Positions 37,001 through 47,450 are shown, counted from the stretch's first letter. The stretch: 64,000 nucleotides of DNA from a virus (IMGVR_UViG_3300027986_000001:35897-99896); one strand, 5' to 3'. Notes: generated by a model not told the origin, from the sequence alone. Translations and numbers: made by a program.

Positions 37001-39432
37001 GGGCTACTTCGGCTGGTGGATTCCTCCTTCTCTCTGGCGGCAGCAATGCCGCCACTAACGCAGCGAGCCAGGGCGGCAGCTACCAGATACTACCAGGTGC
37101 TTCTACGGGATCAACGCAGGGCTTACAGGGTCTCGGGATGCAGCAGTCCGTCTACGTGAAAGGGACCACATCCACGCAATGGTTTCTTGAGTGCGAGACT
37201 GCTGCCATGACAGTTGGTGACTGCGGAGCGTCACCCCAGAATTGGGTGGGCGTGGCTGAAAAGGTCGGCAGTAATATCGTACAAGTAACAATCAATGGGC
37301 AAACGCCGATCTCGGCTTCGGGTGCGGTCACGCTCGGTGACACTGTTTGCGCGGGTGCCACTGGAGGAAAAGTCACCGATAGCGGAGGAACGTCAACCTG
37401 CACGAATTCCCAAGGAGTAACGGTAGGTGTGGTGATGGCGACCTCGGGGGCCTGGACGTTACCAGATGGAACAAGTTTCACATCCACTACAACGTTGCCT
37501 GTTATCCAAATGAACACGGCCACATTGGCGACAACCGGTGGTGGCGGATCTGGCACGGTTAATAACTGCTCTACGGGTGGATCGTTAGCATACTACGCAG
37601 CAACTGGCACGACCGTCTCCTGTATCGGTGGAGACATCACGTTCAGTACTCATACGCTTACCTTTGGCTCTAGCGCCATCGTCAATATGAGCGGCATGGC
37701 AACTACGGGAGGCTTACAGATACCAACTGGAGCGGGAGCGGTACCTACCGCCGATGGGTTTATTGCTGACGATTCCACGGGACATAACTTAGTTTTTGGA
37801 TCTAACGGGGCGACTCTAATCGCGGCGGCCTTCAACGGAGCGCCGACCAATGCCGATCTAGCCTCCATTTCCGTTTCGAGCGGTCACGTTCTGCTAACTA
37901 GCACGGGGATCGGTACCGGCCTGATGGTTTCGGGAGGAAACTTGCAACTCAACACGGCGGTTGCTCTGACCAATGCCAATGCGGAGGCTGGTAAGCCCTG
38001 GTACTGCCTGGACACTTCCGGCACCCAAACCCTGACTTGCTCGCTAAGCGCAGCGACGGCCTTGACTGCATATACGACCGGACAAATCCTCACAATCGTG
38101 CCGACCGCAAATGGCAATGGAACCCTCCCGACCGTGAACATAGATTCGGTTGGCGCAAAATCCTGGTACATGCCAGACGGAGCCACGACTCCCCCTACCG
38201 GTGTCCTGTTCGCCAACTACCCCTATCCGAGCTTCTATAACGGCACGGCTTTTCAGATGGTGGGGCCGTGGCCCTCGGGCGGGTCTAACACCTACACGTC
38301 CGCTCATACGCTCGGCATGTCGGACAACAACCGTCTGGTCGTTATGAACTGCTCGTCGGCCTGCGCAGTGACCCTGCCGAATCCGCAGCCGCGCTCGGAC
38401 TTCAACGTTCGCATCGTGTCGATTGGGTCCTCGGTCGCGACCTTAACGCTTGGTTCGTCCATGACTTGGAACGGCGGTGGGTCGGTCCCAGCGCTGAACA
38501 GTTTCCGCGTGATTCCGGTCTTTGCCGACACAGCGACGAGCACCGACTACTACGGCGAGGCAACGCTGGTTGCTGGGACGGACATAACGCTAACGCCAAC
38601 AGCCACGGGACTCACAGTCGCCCTGACGAGCACAACGATAAATTTTAATGGAACTTCCGCCACCCTAGGCGGTAGCAACGTAAACGCCAACTGGACGACT
38701 GGCACGATCACAAACCTCCACGTCGCTCAGTTCACCGGAACGGCTGGTGAGATCCAGGACGGTGGGGTGCTGGGGACCGCCGCCGCTGCCGCCACAGCCT
38801 CAGCCTGCACAGCGTCCCAGTTCTCGCAAGGTTGGACGAGCGGCAGCAACAACTGCGGAAATACATTCGGCACTCAAAACTCCGTCGTCGGAAATATCAC
38901 GATGGCCGGGTCTAGCTCTGCGGGTGGATTTATTACGCTTGATGGAACGGGGGCGTCTCCGGGGTTCTCTACTATTTCGGTCAACACGGCGGGCACAACC
39001 CTGAACCTAGGCAGCACGAATGCCACATTGACGACGGGTGGCGCGCTCACGGTTGTGTCCTGTACCGGATGCGGGGGTGGAGTCGTTGGCAATTCCGATG
39101 TCACTGGTCAGTCCAGCTCTCAGTCGGCTGTGACCCTAGCCACAAGTCCAGCGGCGGGTCGGTATAAGATCAGCTACTACGCCGATCAGAGCGCTTTGTC
39201 CACGGTCGGGACTTGTTCTGTAACGTTTACTTTCAACTGGACTGATGGCACAGTGGCCCGCTCGCTGACAACTCAGCCATTAAGTTTGCAAACAACCGCT
39301 TCGGCTAATGCTTTCTTGTCTGGCGATGTACAGACGTACGTCGGTAGCGGAAATGTCACATACACTTCTACGGTAGCTGGCACGTGCTCTTCCGCGACGT
39401 ATGACGTTCATGTGTCTCTCGTTGGAGATTAA
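34036..39432 (+). CDS. Giant fibre-like protein (1798 aa) with signal peptide
   Basis: T/G/S/A-rich, many Cys; GITSLNGLTG, GVTGILPTANGGTG and GGSGTVN fibre motifs; internal duplications; leader MRKIRLSLLYFIVPVCLWG-Q. Confidence 0.75.
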   Translation: MRKIRLSLLYFIVPVCLWGQGSTIPRDPRWTTVGEGTLAARPNCPNPAVAGRSVYLCLGVGCTAGNRIHYCTATGWDIQGTAAGSGITSLNGLTGASQTFQNDTNVTITSSASTHTLGWSGTLAPARGGTGVGNTATLTLGTSNVNLATLATGIIRNTTTTGALSVAELSGDATTSGSNAVTVVAINGTTFTGTNGHLVSFGAGNTPADSGIVATNVALQSSTLAQFASTTSAQLAGVISNETGSGGGGVLVFNNGPTLIAPILGTPASGTATNLTGLPLTTGVTGILPTANGGTGINNTATLTLGTSNQNWGTLGTGIVKNTTTTGALSVAVPNTDFLAVANPTFTGTLSGAAETLTGTLTIAVTGSTQCLHVNSSGVVSGTGSDCGSGAGGVSSLNTLTGALTLANANGFTFTNSGGNTITPSLAMSSTYIAATLPVTVSFAGGVATIAAPTSVNSSSSMTNLSVMAGAGSQNAQVTNCVVDSGLNNLSCNGTIASAVGSGLAGQYLLAAGTQPSSSWPASLAVILGPPSTSASYGLVLPTAAPSVANSIMLFAAASGTPNDSTASFASPAQASVAIFPTATRVGDIIYCSAWASGNCTTWSTLAGNNSGTLFLSENASGVPSWQSSASSPSLSSVTGSTSQATGTESAAGDNYTFAGVETGALHYYLTAQNTSNSNNSSGALLVTSNGTGTAQVPLLINETAVSGDFVDMYTGGTVTNGVLSGGTKIFAVTSAGSAISGDSSNAGAYSTACGSQGLTTLGSNSVGVIGPTSCSGQHYFGLPAAGAAANQFFLYAAESSGISAPTLTTFASTNLTDTANLVRNNGTNVAAAAMTLNMAAVTTANGFRVPVQSGCTAGSNGTVCYDSTALNTHIRANGADAIAGAFASTPTNGDLVSATVSAGNVLLSDAGIVAANVITDTTTATANYLMKGNGSATVIAGDLQDASNQLSSITSTQSVIVNGGLDASANSVLGGLTVRGANETGAGGATSAGGFLLLSGGSNAATNAASQGGSYQILPGASTGSTQGLQGLGMQQSVYVKGTTSTQWFLECETAAMTVGDCGASPQNWVGVAEKVGSNIVQVTINGQTPISASGAVTLGDTVCAGATGGKVTDSGGTSTCTNSQGVTVGVVMATSGAWTLPDGTSFTSTTTLPVIQMNTATLATTGGGGSGTVNNCSTGGSLAYYAATGTTVSCIGGDITFSTHTLTFGSSAIVNMSGMATTGGLQIPTGAGAVPTADGFIADDSTGHNLVFGSNGATLIAAAFNGAPTNADLASISVSSGHVLLTSTGIGTGLMVSGGNLQLNTAVALTNANAEAGKPWYCLDTSGTQTLTCSLSAATALTAYTTGQILTIVPTANGNGTLPTVNIDSVGAKSWYMPDGATTPPTGVLFANYPYPSFYNGTAFQMVGPWPSGGSNTYTSAHTLGMSDNNRLVVMNCSSACAVTLPNPQPRSDFNVRIVSIGSSVATLTLGSSMTWNGGGSVPALNSFRVIPVFADTATSTDYYGEATLVAGTDITLTPTATGLTVALTSTTINFNGTSATLGGSNVNANWTTGTITNLHVAQFTGTAGEIQDGGVLGTAAAAATASACTASQFSQGWTSGSNNCGNTFGTQNSVVGNITMAGSSSAGGFITLDGTGASPGFSTISVNTAGTTLNLGSTNATLTTGGALTVVSCTGCGGGVVGNSDVTGQSSSQSAVTLATSPAAGRYKISYYADQSALSTVGTCSVTFTFNWTDGTVARSLTTQPLSLQTTASANAFLSGDVQTYVGSGNVTYTSTVAGTCSSATYDVHVSLVGD

Positions 39433-39439
39433 CGCTTCT

Positions 39440-41707
39440 ATGAAAACGCTTATTTGTATCGTCTTATTTTGCTTTTCTGCTACCGTCGCTTTGGCGCAGA
39501 ACACGGGTCTCGGGAATCTAGCTGCGCAGCCGCCAGCTATTAACCAGATCAGCAACAAGACCAATAACAGCGGCGGCACGAGTCCGATGACGCTGAACGC
39601 GCCAAATGGCAATGTGATCTCGGCTACGTACAGTTCTGGCGGCACCGCAACTGGATCTGGCACGTGCCTGGTAACGTTTATTAGTACCAGCGGCAATGGG
39701 GCGTCCGGTGTTGTCACGGTCACCTCGGGGACCATCGGCAGCACAATCACAATGCTATCTGGCGGCGGCGCTTACACGGCAGCACCCACAACAGCGACGT
39801 TAACGAACCAGACGGCTACGACGTGTTCCGGCACGGCGACCGTATCGACGACACTGGGTATTACGCAAGGTAACGTTCTCGGGCTAGCCTGCACGGTAAC
39901 TGGAGTCAGCAGTGAGACGTGGACGTTCCCGACCGGCTTCAATTTAATTACTGGGTCCACGGGGACGCCCAATCCGGGCATATCGACAGGAAGCAGTAAG
40001 TTGGCTTGGCAAGTAGGTTTAAAAACGGCCACGTCGAGTGAGCCTAGTACCTACTCAATAAGTTGGGGGACGAACGGTAACTTGGCGGATTGCGTTATCA
40101 TCAATGTTCCTAACGTATCAGCAACGGTCGATGGGGTGCCTGGGAGCGGTAGCGGCAACAATTCAGCACTAACCATCAGTTCAACAACGCCCGTTGGGGC
40201 GGGTGGTCTGCTGTTAACTATAGCAGGCATGGCGACAAACTCGGGAAAAATTCCCAATCTTATCAATCAGGCATGTGTGCCATCTACGGTAAATGTCGTC
40301 AACTCTTGCGCGCTAGCTTCTAGGGACAGTCTTGCGTGGTTTGCCACCACATGGGGATCGGCTACCGCACCGGCAGCAACAGCTAACTTTGGCATAGAAA
40401 CTTCTACAGGTTCGTCAAGCGATGACAATTTTGGTTTTCAGTTCGTGCTTCCGACGACACTCGGCAACAGTTCCCTGAACCCATTAAGCTCCAACTCGCC
40501 TCACTCCGTCTCGGATCTAAACGTTGTTGGAAATATGCGTGCGGCCGCCGTCTCTACGCCTTACGTTGTCATCGACAACGAGACATCGGGCGGCACACAG
40601 GGTTTATATGTGCGGAACGTGGCGGGCTGGCCGCTGCAATTTCTGGATATAAATTCTGCTGACGTGGCACAGCTATTTCCAAACAAGGACATAGGATTTT
40701 TAATTCTCGGCCCCGCAAACCAGTCGGCAACTAATGGTGCGTTTATTGTGACGAACGGATGCCTCGGTTGGGTTTCCATCGCCGGTGACGAGGACATCTG
40801 CGCCATTCACAGCGAACACCCCAACGTCATTACGTCGATAGCAACAGGCAGCACGACGGTCTTAACGCTCGCACGAAATCACGAATACCCAATCGGGATG
40901 CCGATTACGATCACGGGGGCCACGGGGACCGGATGTAGCGGAATGAATGCTCAGTGGATCGTAATCGCAGCGGCGGCAGGTACAGCAACAATCCCGTTTC
41001 CCTCAACCGGATGCACCTACGGAGCATCGAGTGCGTCAGTTGCGAGTGACGATTGGCACGCCGGATCTAATGGCCTAATCCCGGTATCGGCTCCAGGCGG
41101 TAACGTTGACATAAAAAACACCATTTTCGACCTACAGGCAAACCAATCGTTGGGGGTGACCTATAACAGCGCGATCAATCGCCCGTATCTTCAGGTAGAC
41201 AGCAGCGGCGTTCATGGCGCGTTCAACCGCGCGGTCGTTACGTCAAACTTCACGACGGCCTCCACATCGCTCGTTACAATCACCGGCCTGACCTGGACTA
41301 TTCCGGCCATTACCAATAACTCCCCAAGTCAGACGAGTTATTCTTTCCGTTGCCACATGACCTACTCGCAGGCAACAGCAGCGGCGGCTGATGCGATTGG
41401 CGTCCAGGCATCCACTACTGCCCCAACAAATCTGTATGCTCAAGGCATCGCCTACACCAACTTAACCACTGCTCCAACGAACGGCGTACTGCCAACACTC
41501 GCCAGCACAACGGCAACGAACGTGGTGGCATTCACTCCCGGCGCGGCAGGATCGATCGGCACCGTAGCCGATATGTTTCCCGTCGATCTCTGGGGGACGT
41601 TGGAACCCGGTGCGGGCAGTACAACTTTGAACATCATGATCCTGACCGGCAGCGGGTCGGACTCGATTACGGTTTACCGGGGGAGCTACTGTGAGTTGGA
41701 GATGTAA
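39440..41707 (+). CDS. Fibre/adhesin-like protein with signal peptide
   Basis: Start reassigned to MKTLICIVLFCFSATVALA-Q; SGGGAYTAAPT and KTATSSEPSTYSISW beta-domain motifs. Confidence 0.7.
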   Translation: MKTLICIVLFCFSATVALAQNTGLGNLAAQPPAINQISNKTNNSGGTSPMTLNAPNGNVISATYSSGGTATGSGTCLVTFISTSGNGASGVVTVTSGTIGSTITMLSGGGAYTAAPTTATLTNQTATTCSGTATVSTTLGITQGNVLGLACTVTGVSSETWTFPTGFNLITGSTGTPNPGISTGSSKLAWQVGLKTATSSEPSTYSISWGTNGNLADCVIINVPNVSATVDGVPGSGSGNNSALTISSTTPVGAGGLLLTIAGMATNSGKIPNLINQACVPSTVNVVNSCALASRDSLAWFATTWGSATAPAATANFGIETSTGSSSDDNFGFQFVLPTTLGNSSLNPLSSNSPHSVSDLNVVGNMRAAAVSTPYVVIDNETSGGTQGLYVRNVAGWPLQFLDINSADVAQLFPNKDIGFLILGPANQSATNGAFIVTNGCLGWVSIAGDEDICAIHSEHPNVITSIATGSTTVLTLARNHEYPIGMPITITGATGTGCSGMNAQWIVIAAAAGTATIPFPSTGCTYGASSASVASDDWHAGSNGLIPVSAPGGNVDIKNTIFDLQANQSLGVTYNSAINRPYLQVDSSGVHGAFNRAVVTSNFTTASTSLVTITGLTWTIPAITNNSPSQTSYSFRCHMTYSQATAAAADAIGVQASTTAPTNLYAQGIAYTNLTTAPTNGVLPTLASTTATNVVAFTPGAAGSIGTVADMFPVDLWGTLEPGAGSTTLNIMILTGSGSDSITVYRGSYCELEM

Positions 41708-41747
41708 ACCGCGACAAAAGTAACCAGCCCAAATCGTCCTACTCAGT

Positions 41748-44700
41748 ATGCACAGACTACTACCGCTCTTTTTGTTCTTATCGCCCGCCTGGGCGACTCA
41801 GTACTACGTCGCGACCACCGGCTCCGACTCTAACACCGGTACATCCGCATCGCCCTTCCTGACTATTTTTAAAGCGAATTCAGTTGTCGTAGCCGGCGAT
41901 ACGGTCAACGTCCTCCCAGGCGTCTACCCGGCGAATCTGACAATGTGCCCGAGCACATTAAACAACAATGCCGTCACGGTAACGGCAGCGGGCACTTCGG
42001 GCAACCCGATCGTCTTTCAATCGACCGTCTACCACGGAGCGATCCTAGACGCCCAGATGCTCTGCCACTCCTACTTTCAACTCCACACGACTACCAACTA
42101 CATCACGATCAAGAACTTCGTGATCAAGAACGCCGTATGGGCGGGGATCGGGGATGCCGGGCTTGGGAACAGCGTCATCTCTGGAAACGATATTGGGTTC
42201 ATTGGCAACCTGGATGACGAATCACTGAGCGGCGGCCATGTCGGCATCCTGACCAATTCCACAGAGAGCAACGATATCCTTGACGGAAATTTCATTCATG
42301 ATATCGGGCGAACGAACAGTACTTGCGGCGGGGTCACTTGCAGCCCGAGAGACCAGAACATTTACTCCGAGGGAGCTAATGACATCATTGTTAACAACAT
42401 TGTCAGCCTAAGCGGGCAATCCGGCTGGGGGGTAGCGGTTAAGGTTGGCGGGCCTTCGTCGGTTGGAAACTGGATAATCCGGTACAACACCTTCTACGGC
42501 GCGGTGGCCAACGGGCGCGAAGGGCAAATAGTGATTGGCGCAGGCGATGGGTCGGGTGTAAGTACCTTCGACATTGAAGACAATATTTTCCTGAATGGAC
42601 TCGGGCCAGGGGCGATTGTCTTGTGCGACGTAGCACTCAGCGGTACGATGACCATCTCCAATAACCTCGCCTTCGGAAACGGAACTTCCGAACTATTCGA
42701 TAGCGGTACAGCTACATGCGGGGCGGGATCAACCGGAGCGGGTGGAGTCACTCAGGCCGGAAACTCGGTTGCCGATCCAAAGCTAGCTAATCCGGCGCAG
42801 GGTCAGTTTCAGTTGTTGTATACGAGTCCGGCTATAAACGCAGGGACGACTTATTCTCCGGCCTCCCCCGATTACAATGGTACCGCCCGCCCAACCGGGA
42901 CCGCTTACGATTACGGCGCGATTGAGTTTTTGCCAGTTTCTCTGTCTATCACCAGTCCTACGGCCAGCCAGAGCATTTCAGGATTCACTGGATTCTCGTT
43001 TCAGGTTTCCACCTCCGGGCTCGGCGCTTCGGCGATTAATCGTGTATGTCAAACAGTAGATGCCTACCCCGCCCCGACAGATCATAGTAACTGTGCTTTG
43101 TCGCCGCCCTGGAGCCTGAACTGGAACACTTACGGCGTATTGAATGGGGCACATCAGGTCGTTGCTACCGCCTACGATGCGGCGGGTAACGTGCTTGCCA
43201 CTTCTGCCGCAGTGTCGTTCACTGTCGCGAATGCTTGGCCGTGCTCCTGGACGCCGGGATTTACCGTCACGCCCAGTACCTCGGTGACCTCCAATTGGTC
43301 CGGTTCGGTTACGCTTACTCTTGCCGTAACCGGAGCAAGCGCTAGCGACAACAAACAACTTCTTACTTTCATCGACGGGGTTCAGACACACAGCACCACC
43401 AAGACTGCTACATCCACAAATATCGTCGTGGACACAACCCGCTGGAACAACGGCCCGCACGTTGTTGCCGCACGCGAGGACGACATGGCGGCGACATGCA
43501 CCACTTACTCGGATAGCTACGAAGGCGCGATAGGCGAGTGGTCGGCGACGGTAAACTTTGCCAACGACGGAATTGGTGGTGACGGACCAGTTGTGCCGAT
43601 GGAGCTTCGAGAGAATGCTCACGAGGTGTTCCTGGCCCCCGCTGGCACGTTCACCCTTACCCCTAGCCTCATCAATACGGACGGAACAACGGCAACCGGA
43701 ATAACATTCGACTACTACTCGCAGAACACTGCGGTAGCTACGGTCGGCTCCGCAACCGGATCGACGAGCGTGCTCACTGCGGTGGCCACCGGCAACGCTC
43801 AGATCCGCACGATGGCAGAGGTCAGCAATGGGACAGATCTAGCGAGTGCTACCGGACAAACGCATCAGTTCTCTTCATCGTCCGTGCCAGCAACGGACTC
43901 AATGGTTGGGCAAGTCGTTAACATCAAAACCAACACCGGAGGATGGGTCTCTGGACCGTATGAAATTGGATCTGTTGACGTAAACGGCAATAAATTCACA
44001 ACCACGGGCACGCCATGCCCCGGCGGCGCGACGACGGCTTGTACGGGCGGAAGTTTCGCCACGGGGCCGTCACGCACAACGTGGGCAATGGTAGCACCGA
44101 CGAACGTGCTTCCTCACTTTGGCTTGGATGGCTCGCTCCTGACTGCGTACAATCCCTCTAACTCGTTCTTCTTGGCGGAAGCATTCAGATCGGGTGATTT
44201 ATTTTCAGATCAAGTCTACACTTCCCAAATCCCAAATGCCCATGCAAACCTCGGGACAATGGACGACTATCTGGCTCTGGGATTCAATACCGTGGAGATG
44301 GGGACGATGGCAGCCAATAATTGCAGCGGAAGCGTATGCATGAATGGCCAGAACCCAACCACCTTTGCCGCGAATCAAAACACGTTCTTCACCGCCAATG
44401 CGGCCTTGATGGCTCCGTGGCCAAATGCCCGCATATTCGGCATCATGGACTCGATCACGACAGATGCCTACACCTGGGTCAACCCTACGGGCACAGGGGC
44501 TTCTCCGCCTTACGTCACGACCACTTTCCAGGACATGGCCAACGCTGGCTACGTTGCCGCTTCACTCGCCGACGAGGTAGATGGAAAATTTGGCTTTGCG
44601 AATCTGCAAGGGCCAGTAACGTTCGCTTCCTCCGCTGCACAGTTTGGGCTCAGCAGCATCGTAGCCGCGAGTCACACATGCACTGTTCACACCTTGGGCG

Positions 44701-46796
44701 GATTCAGTTTTGGGTTTGGCGGCCCTTCCGCATTCATCATCCACGGCGCGACAACCAGCGGATTCAATAGCTCCGTTGGAACTACTTTCAGCCCATCATC
44801 GGCGGGGAGTGCCACCGGACCGACAACCTGGACTTTCTCTTGCCCAGCGGTAGCCGACGGAACATACAACACCTCAACCGATGGTAGTGGATGCCCCGGC
44901 ACAACGAACTGCTTAACTATCGAGCCATACGCCCGCCAAGGTTGGTTTGGAAGCCTCTATATTCCCTACACTGCCTGGTCGCAGTGGCGAGGCTGGCAAA
45001 CGGCAGTAACTGGCTATACGGCGACAGCGGGGAGCGTACTTGGAGATACCCAGGCAAATATTCCTTCCATCAACAATTGGGGACCTAACAATACTCAGAC
45101 TTTGGGCGGCGTAACGAACGTGGCGGACTTTGCCGACACCTATTACGCGCACTCAAGTTTTGAAAATTACCTAGGCAGTCGGGCATCGACCTGGACGCTG
45201 ACAACTGACAGCGCCAACTATGCCAATAGTACCGAGTTGGCATACAAGGCGCGAACATTCTACGGTACAGGCTTCAACTCAACCAAACCGTGGACCGCGA
45301 TAGTCACCGGGACGCCGGTAACGTTTGGATTTCAAGGTTACACAGTGTCGAGCGTGTCGTGTGTGAATGATGTTTGCACATTTCCCGGAGGCCACAAGAT
45401 ACCTGTTGTCATTCCCGGCGCTACGCGGCTTTGGATTTTGGGTTCCAGCAACAGCGCCTATAATACGAACTTTGTTGTGAACTACATCCTCTCGCCAACT
45501 CAGCTATCTGTGTCATTGGCCGCGACGGACTTCAATCCCGGCTGCACAGGTAACAGTGGCACGATCACTTTCCAAAACGGAGATACAAAAGCGGTATCTA
45601 CTACAGCAAACTCCATCTGCGCAACCGGCAACAAGTCTTCGATTGGCGGCGACTCCCTGACATACCTGGGAAGCGCGGACAACAACATACCCAAACATCG
45701 GGGGCAAACCTTCACGCTGGCGGGCGTGAATGGCACTGGCAACGGCACCTGGACCACGCGCACGTTCTTCTACTCGTCCGAGAATCTGGATCTAGCACAA
45801 GACGGAAACGGTTCGGCTTCGTCCGTCATGCAATACCGGGAGTTGCCCACCGGCACGACAACCGGAGGAACAGCAACCATTGTGGCCGACAACACCTTTG
45901 TGCGCGGGAGAAACGGGTTCAAGGTTTCCGCAGCAAACTCCGGTGGCAGCCAAACATCTCTTTTAAACCATCCAGGGTTTGGGTTTGTCAACGCTTGGGA
46001 GATCGCCCTCCTAGGCGGGGCGGGGCTACGACACTACCAAATGGATTGGGGTTGGCAGAGCTACAACCCGCACGCAATTTCACTTTCAAATGGCGGCAAG
46101 GCGAAAGGCAACTGGGTAGGGCTGGCGCAAAGTACGATCAGTAAATTCCAGGACAACACAGTTACAGTGAATCAGTTGACTTCTCATCCGCATTTCGAGA
46201 CGGGAACAGCGGTGCCACAGGCCCATGCGGTGGGCGAGGCCAATCTGTTCATAAATGCCCACCTAAAATACATCTTCCAGCCACGCCTAAACAGCCCCGA
46301 CTACGGAGACAAGATCGACTGTTCAGCGCGGGCCGGTTCCTACGGCGACATCATGCTGTGTGTGAATGGAACAGATGGCCCGCAACTACGCACGTTTAGC
46401 CTATCACCTTATCTCCAAAGCGGCCAAAACATCGTGCGATATGTCGTGGACCAGCAGGGCATAATCATGAGTATAATTTCCGCTGGAACTACCTCGGACA
46501 CCCTTACCCTCCAGCCCAACCAAGCCGTAGCCTATGTGTTTCCGGCCTCGTTCGCTACCGAGTTGAACCAGCCGGTAATGAGATTCAATCTATCCGACAT
46601 ACCGAATGCGGCCAAGATCGCTTTTCGCTATTCCTACGACAGATACTTGCTCGACTGGCCAACGAACAATGTCACGGTTTGTACGTCCACTTGCACTCTG
46701 CCGGTAAACCGGAATATCGGGACAGTATACTTTCGGATGACCTATCTGGATTCGAGCAACAACGTGCTAGCAACTAGCGACGTGCAGACGATGTAG
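41748..46796 (+). CDS. Secreted multidomain protein: right-handed beta-helix, Ig-like domains, possible glycoside-hydrolase-like region
   Basis: Leader MHRLLPLFLFLSPAWA; YYVATTGSDSNTGT..PFLTI beta-helix start; SPAINAG..YDYGAIEF; WNT..NGAHQVVATAYDAAGN Ig domain. Confidence 0.75.
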   Translation: MHRLLPLFLFLSPAWATQYYVATTGSDSNTGTSASPFLTIFKANSVVVAGDTVNVLPGVYPANLTMCPSTLNNNAVTVTAAGTSGNPIVFQSTVYHGAILDAQMLCHSYFQLHTTTNYITIKNFVIKNAVWAGIGDAGLGNSVISGNDIGFIGNLDDESLSGGHVGILTNSTESNDILDGNFIHDIGRTNSTCGGVTCSPRDQNIYSEGANDIIVNNIVSLSGQSGWGVAVKVGGPSSVGNWIIRYNTFYGAVANGREGQIVIGAGDGSGVSTFDIEDNIFLNGLGPGAIVLCDVALSGTMTISNNLAFGNGTSELFDSGTATCGAGSTGAGGVTQAGNSVADPKLANPAQGQFQLLYTSPAINAGTTYSPASPDYNGTARPTGTAYDYGAIEFLPVSLSITSPTASQSISGFTGFSFQVSTSGLGASAINRVCQTVDAYPAPTDHSNCALSPPWSLNWNTYGVLNGAHQVVATAYDAAGNVLATSAAVSFTVANAWPCSWTPGFTVTPSTSVTSNWSGSVTLTLAVTGASASDNKQLLTFIDGVQTHSTTKTATSTNIVVDTTRWNNGPHVVAAREDDMAATCTTYSDSYEGAIGEWSATVNFANDGIGGDGPVVPMELRENAHEVFLAPAGTFTLTPSLINTDGTTATGITFDYYSQNTAVATVGSATGSTSVLTAVATGNAQIRTMAEVSNGTDLASATGQTHQFSSSSVPATDSMVGQVVNIKTNTGGWVSGPYEIGSVDVNGNKFTTTGTPCPGGATTACTGGSFATGPSRTTWAMVAPTNVLPHFGLDGSLLTAYNPSNSFFLAEAFRSGDLFSDQVYTSQIPNAHANLGTMDDYLALGFNTVEMGTMAANNCSGSVCMNGQNPTTFAANQNTFFTANAALMAPWPNARIFGIMDSITTDAYTWVNPTGTGASPPYVTTTFQDMANAGYVAASLADEVDGKFGFANLQGPVTFASSAAQFGLSSIVAASHTCTVHTLGGFSFGFGGPSAFIIHGATTSGFNSSVGTTFSPSSAGSATGPTTWTFSCPAVADGTYNTSTDGSGCPGTTNCLTIEPYARQGWFGSLYIPYTAWSQWRGWQTAVTGYTATAGSVLGDTQANIPSINNWGPNNTQTLGGVTNVADFADTYYAHSSFENYLGSRASTWTLTTDSANYANSTELAYKARTFYGTGFNSTKPWTAIVTGTPVTFGFQGYTVSSVSCVNDVCTFPGGHKIPVVIPGATRLWILGSSNSAYNTNFVVNYILSPTQLSVSLAATDFNPGCTGNSGTITFQNGDTKAVSTTANSICATGNKSSIGGDSLTYLGSADNNIPKHRGQTFTLAGVNGTGNGTWTTRTFFYSSENLDLAQDGNGSASSVMQYRELPTGTTTGGTATIVADNTFVRGRNGFKVSAANSGGSQTSLLNHPGFGFVNAWEIALLGGAGLRHYQMDWGWQSYNPHAISLSNGGKAKGNWVGLAQSTISKFQDNTVTVNQLTSHPHFETGTAVPQAHAVGEANLFINAHLKYIFQPRLNSPDYGDKIDCSARAGSYGDIMLCVNGTDGPQLRTFSLSPYLQSGQNIVRYVVDQQGIIMSIISAGTTSDTLTLQPNQAVAYVFPASFATELNQPVMRFNLSDIPNAAKIAFRYSYDRYLLDWPTNNVTVCTSTCTLPVNRNIGTVYFRMTYLDSSNNVLATSDVQTM

Positions 46797-46968
46797 AAAT
46801 CCCTCCAGCCACCTCGGCAGGCACATGTCGTCGCCCCAGGAATGAATCAGGAACAGTCGGCGCTCTGGGTTTCCGCACGCGGCTCCAAGATACCCGTATT
46901 GCAGTCTGATTGTCATAGGCCGATGGCGCAGCAAGCGGTGTAGGATTTGCAGCAATCGTTTCATTTCT

Positions 46969-47208
46969 TCAGTCACGTCCCCATCCTCCATTCGGCATGA
47001 TAAATCCCGTTAGCTTGGAATCGGGAACATATCCCTCGGCCTTCGCGAAGCGCTTCGGGAATTTTCCATGCCAGGTCCCCGTATAGCATTCGGAACACTT
47101 TGGCTCAAACTTCTTGCCAGCATTGTGCGCGTCGAACTGCTGCTCCCAATACCCGCTAATAGCTGTGTTGTCGATGGCATCGCAGGATGCACAAGCAAAT
47201 AAAGGCAT
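46969..47208 (-). CDS. Small zinc-binding hypothetical protein
   Basis: CASC..DNTA..CSEC..GTWHGKFP. Confidence 0.65.
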   Translation of the reverse strand: MPLFACASCDAIDNTAISGYWEQQFDAHNAGKKFEPKCSECYTGTWHGKFPKRFAKAEGYVPDSKLTGFIMPNGGWGRD

Positions 47209-47219
47209 TTAGTTGACCA

Positions 47220-47354
47220 TCACCAATTCCAGCACATCTGGCAGTAAAGCAGGTAGTGCAGCCCAGTCATCATCGCAAGGAAACCCAGAAAGGCCAACCC
47301 CGAGATAACGGCGATGATTACTGCGCGGCAGATGATATCAAGAGCTTTGCTCAT
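47220..47354 (-). CDS. Small membrane protein (44 aa, not in ORF track)
   Basis: SD GAGGAGG; MSKALDIICRAVIIAVISGLAFLGFLAMMTGLHYLLYCQMCWNW. Confidence 0.55.
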   Translation of the reverse strand: MSKALDIICRAVIIAVISGLAFLGFLAMMTGLHYLLYCQMCWNW

Positions 47355-47450
47355 GTTCGTCCTCCTCTTGCACCCCCGCTGCGGTTATCGTAAGTGCAAT
47401 TAAGCACAACGCCACCAATGCTGCTGTCCAGTTGCCCGCCAGTCCAAACA

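Noticed and set aside
34036-46796. Diversity-generating retroelement acting on fibre genes
   Set aside because: No reverse transcriptase and no adenine-specific TR/VR pair seen; internal repeats are diverged protein-level duplications
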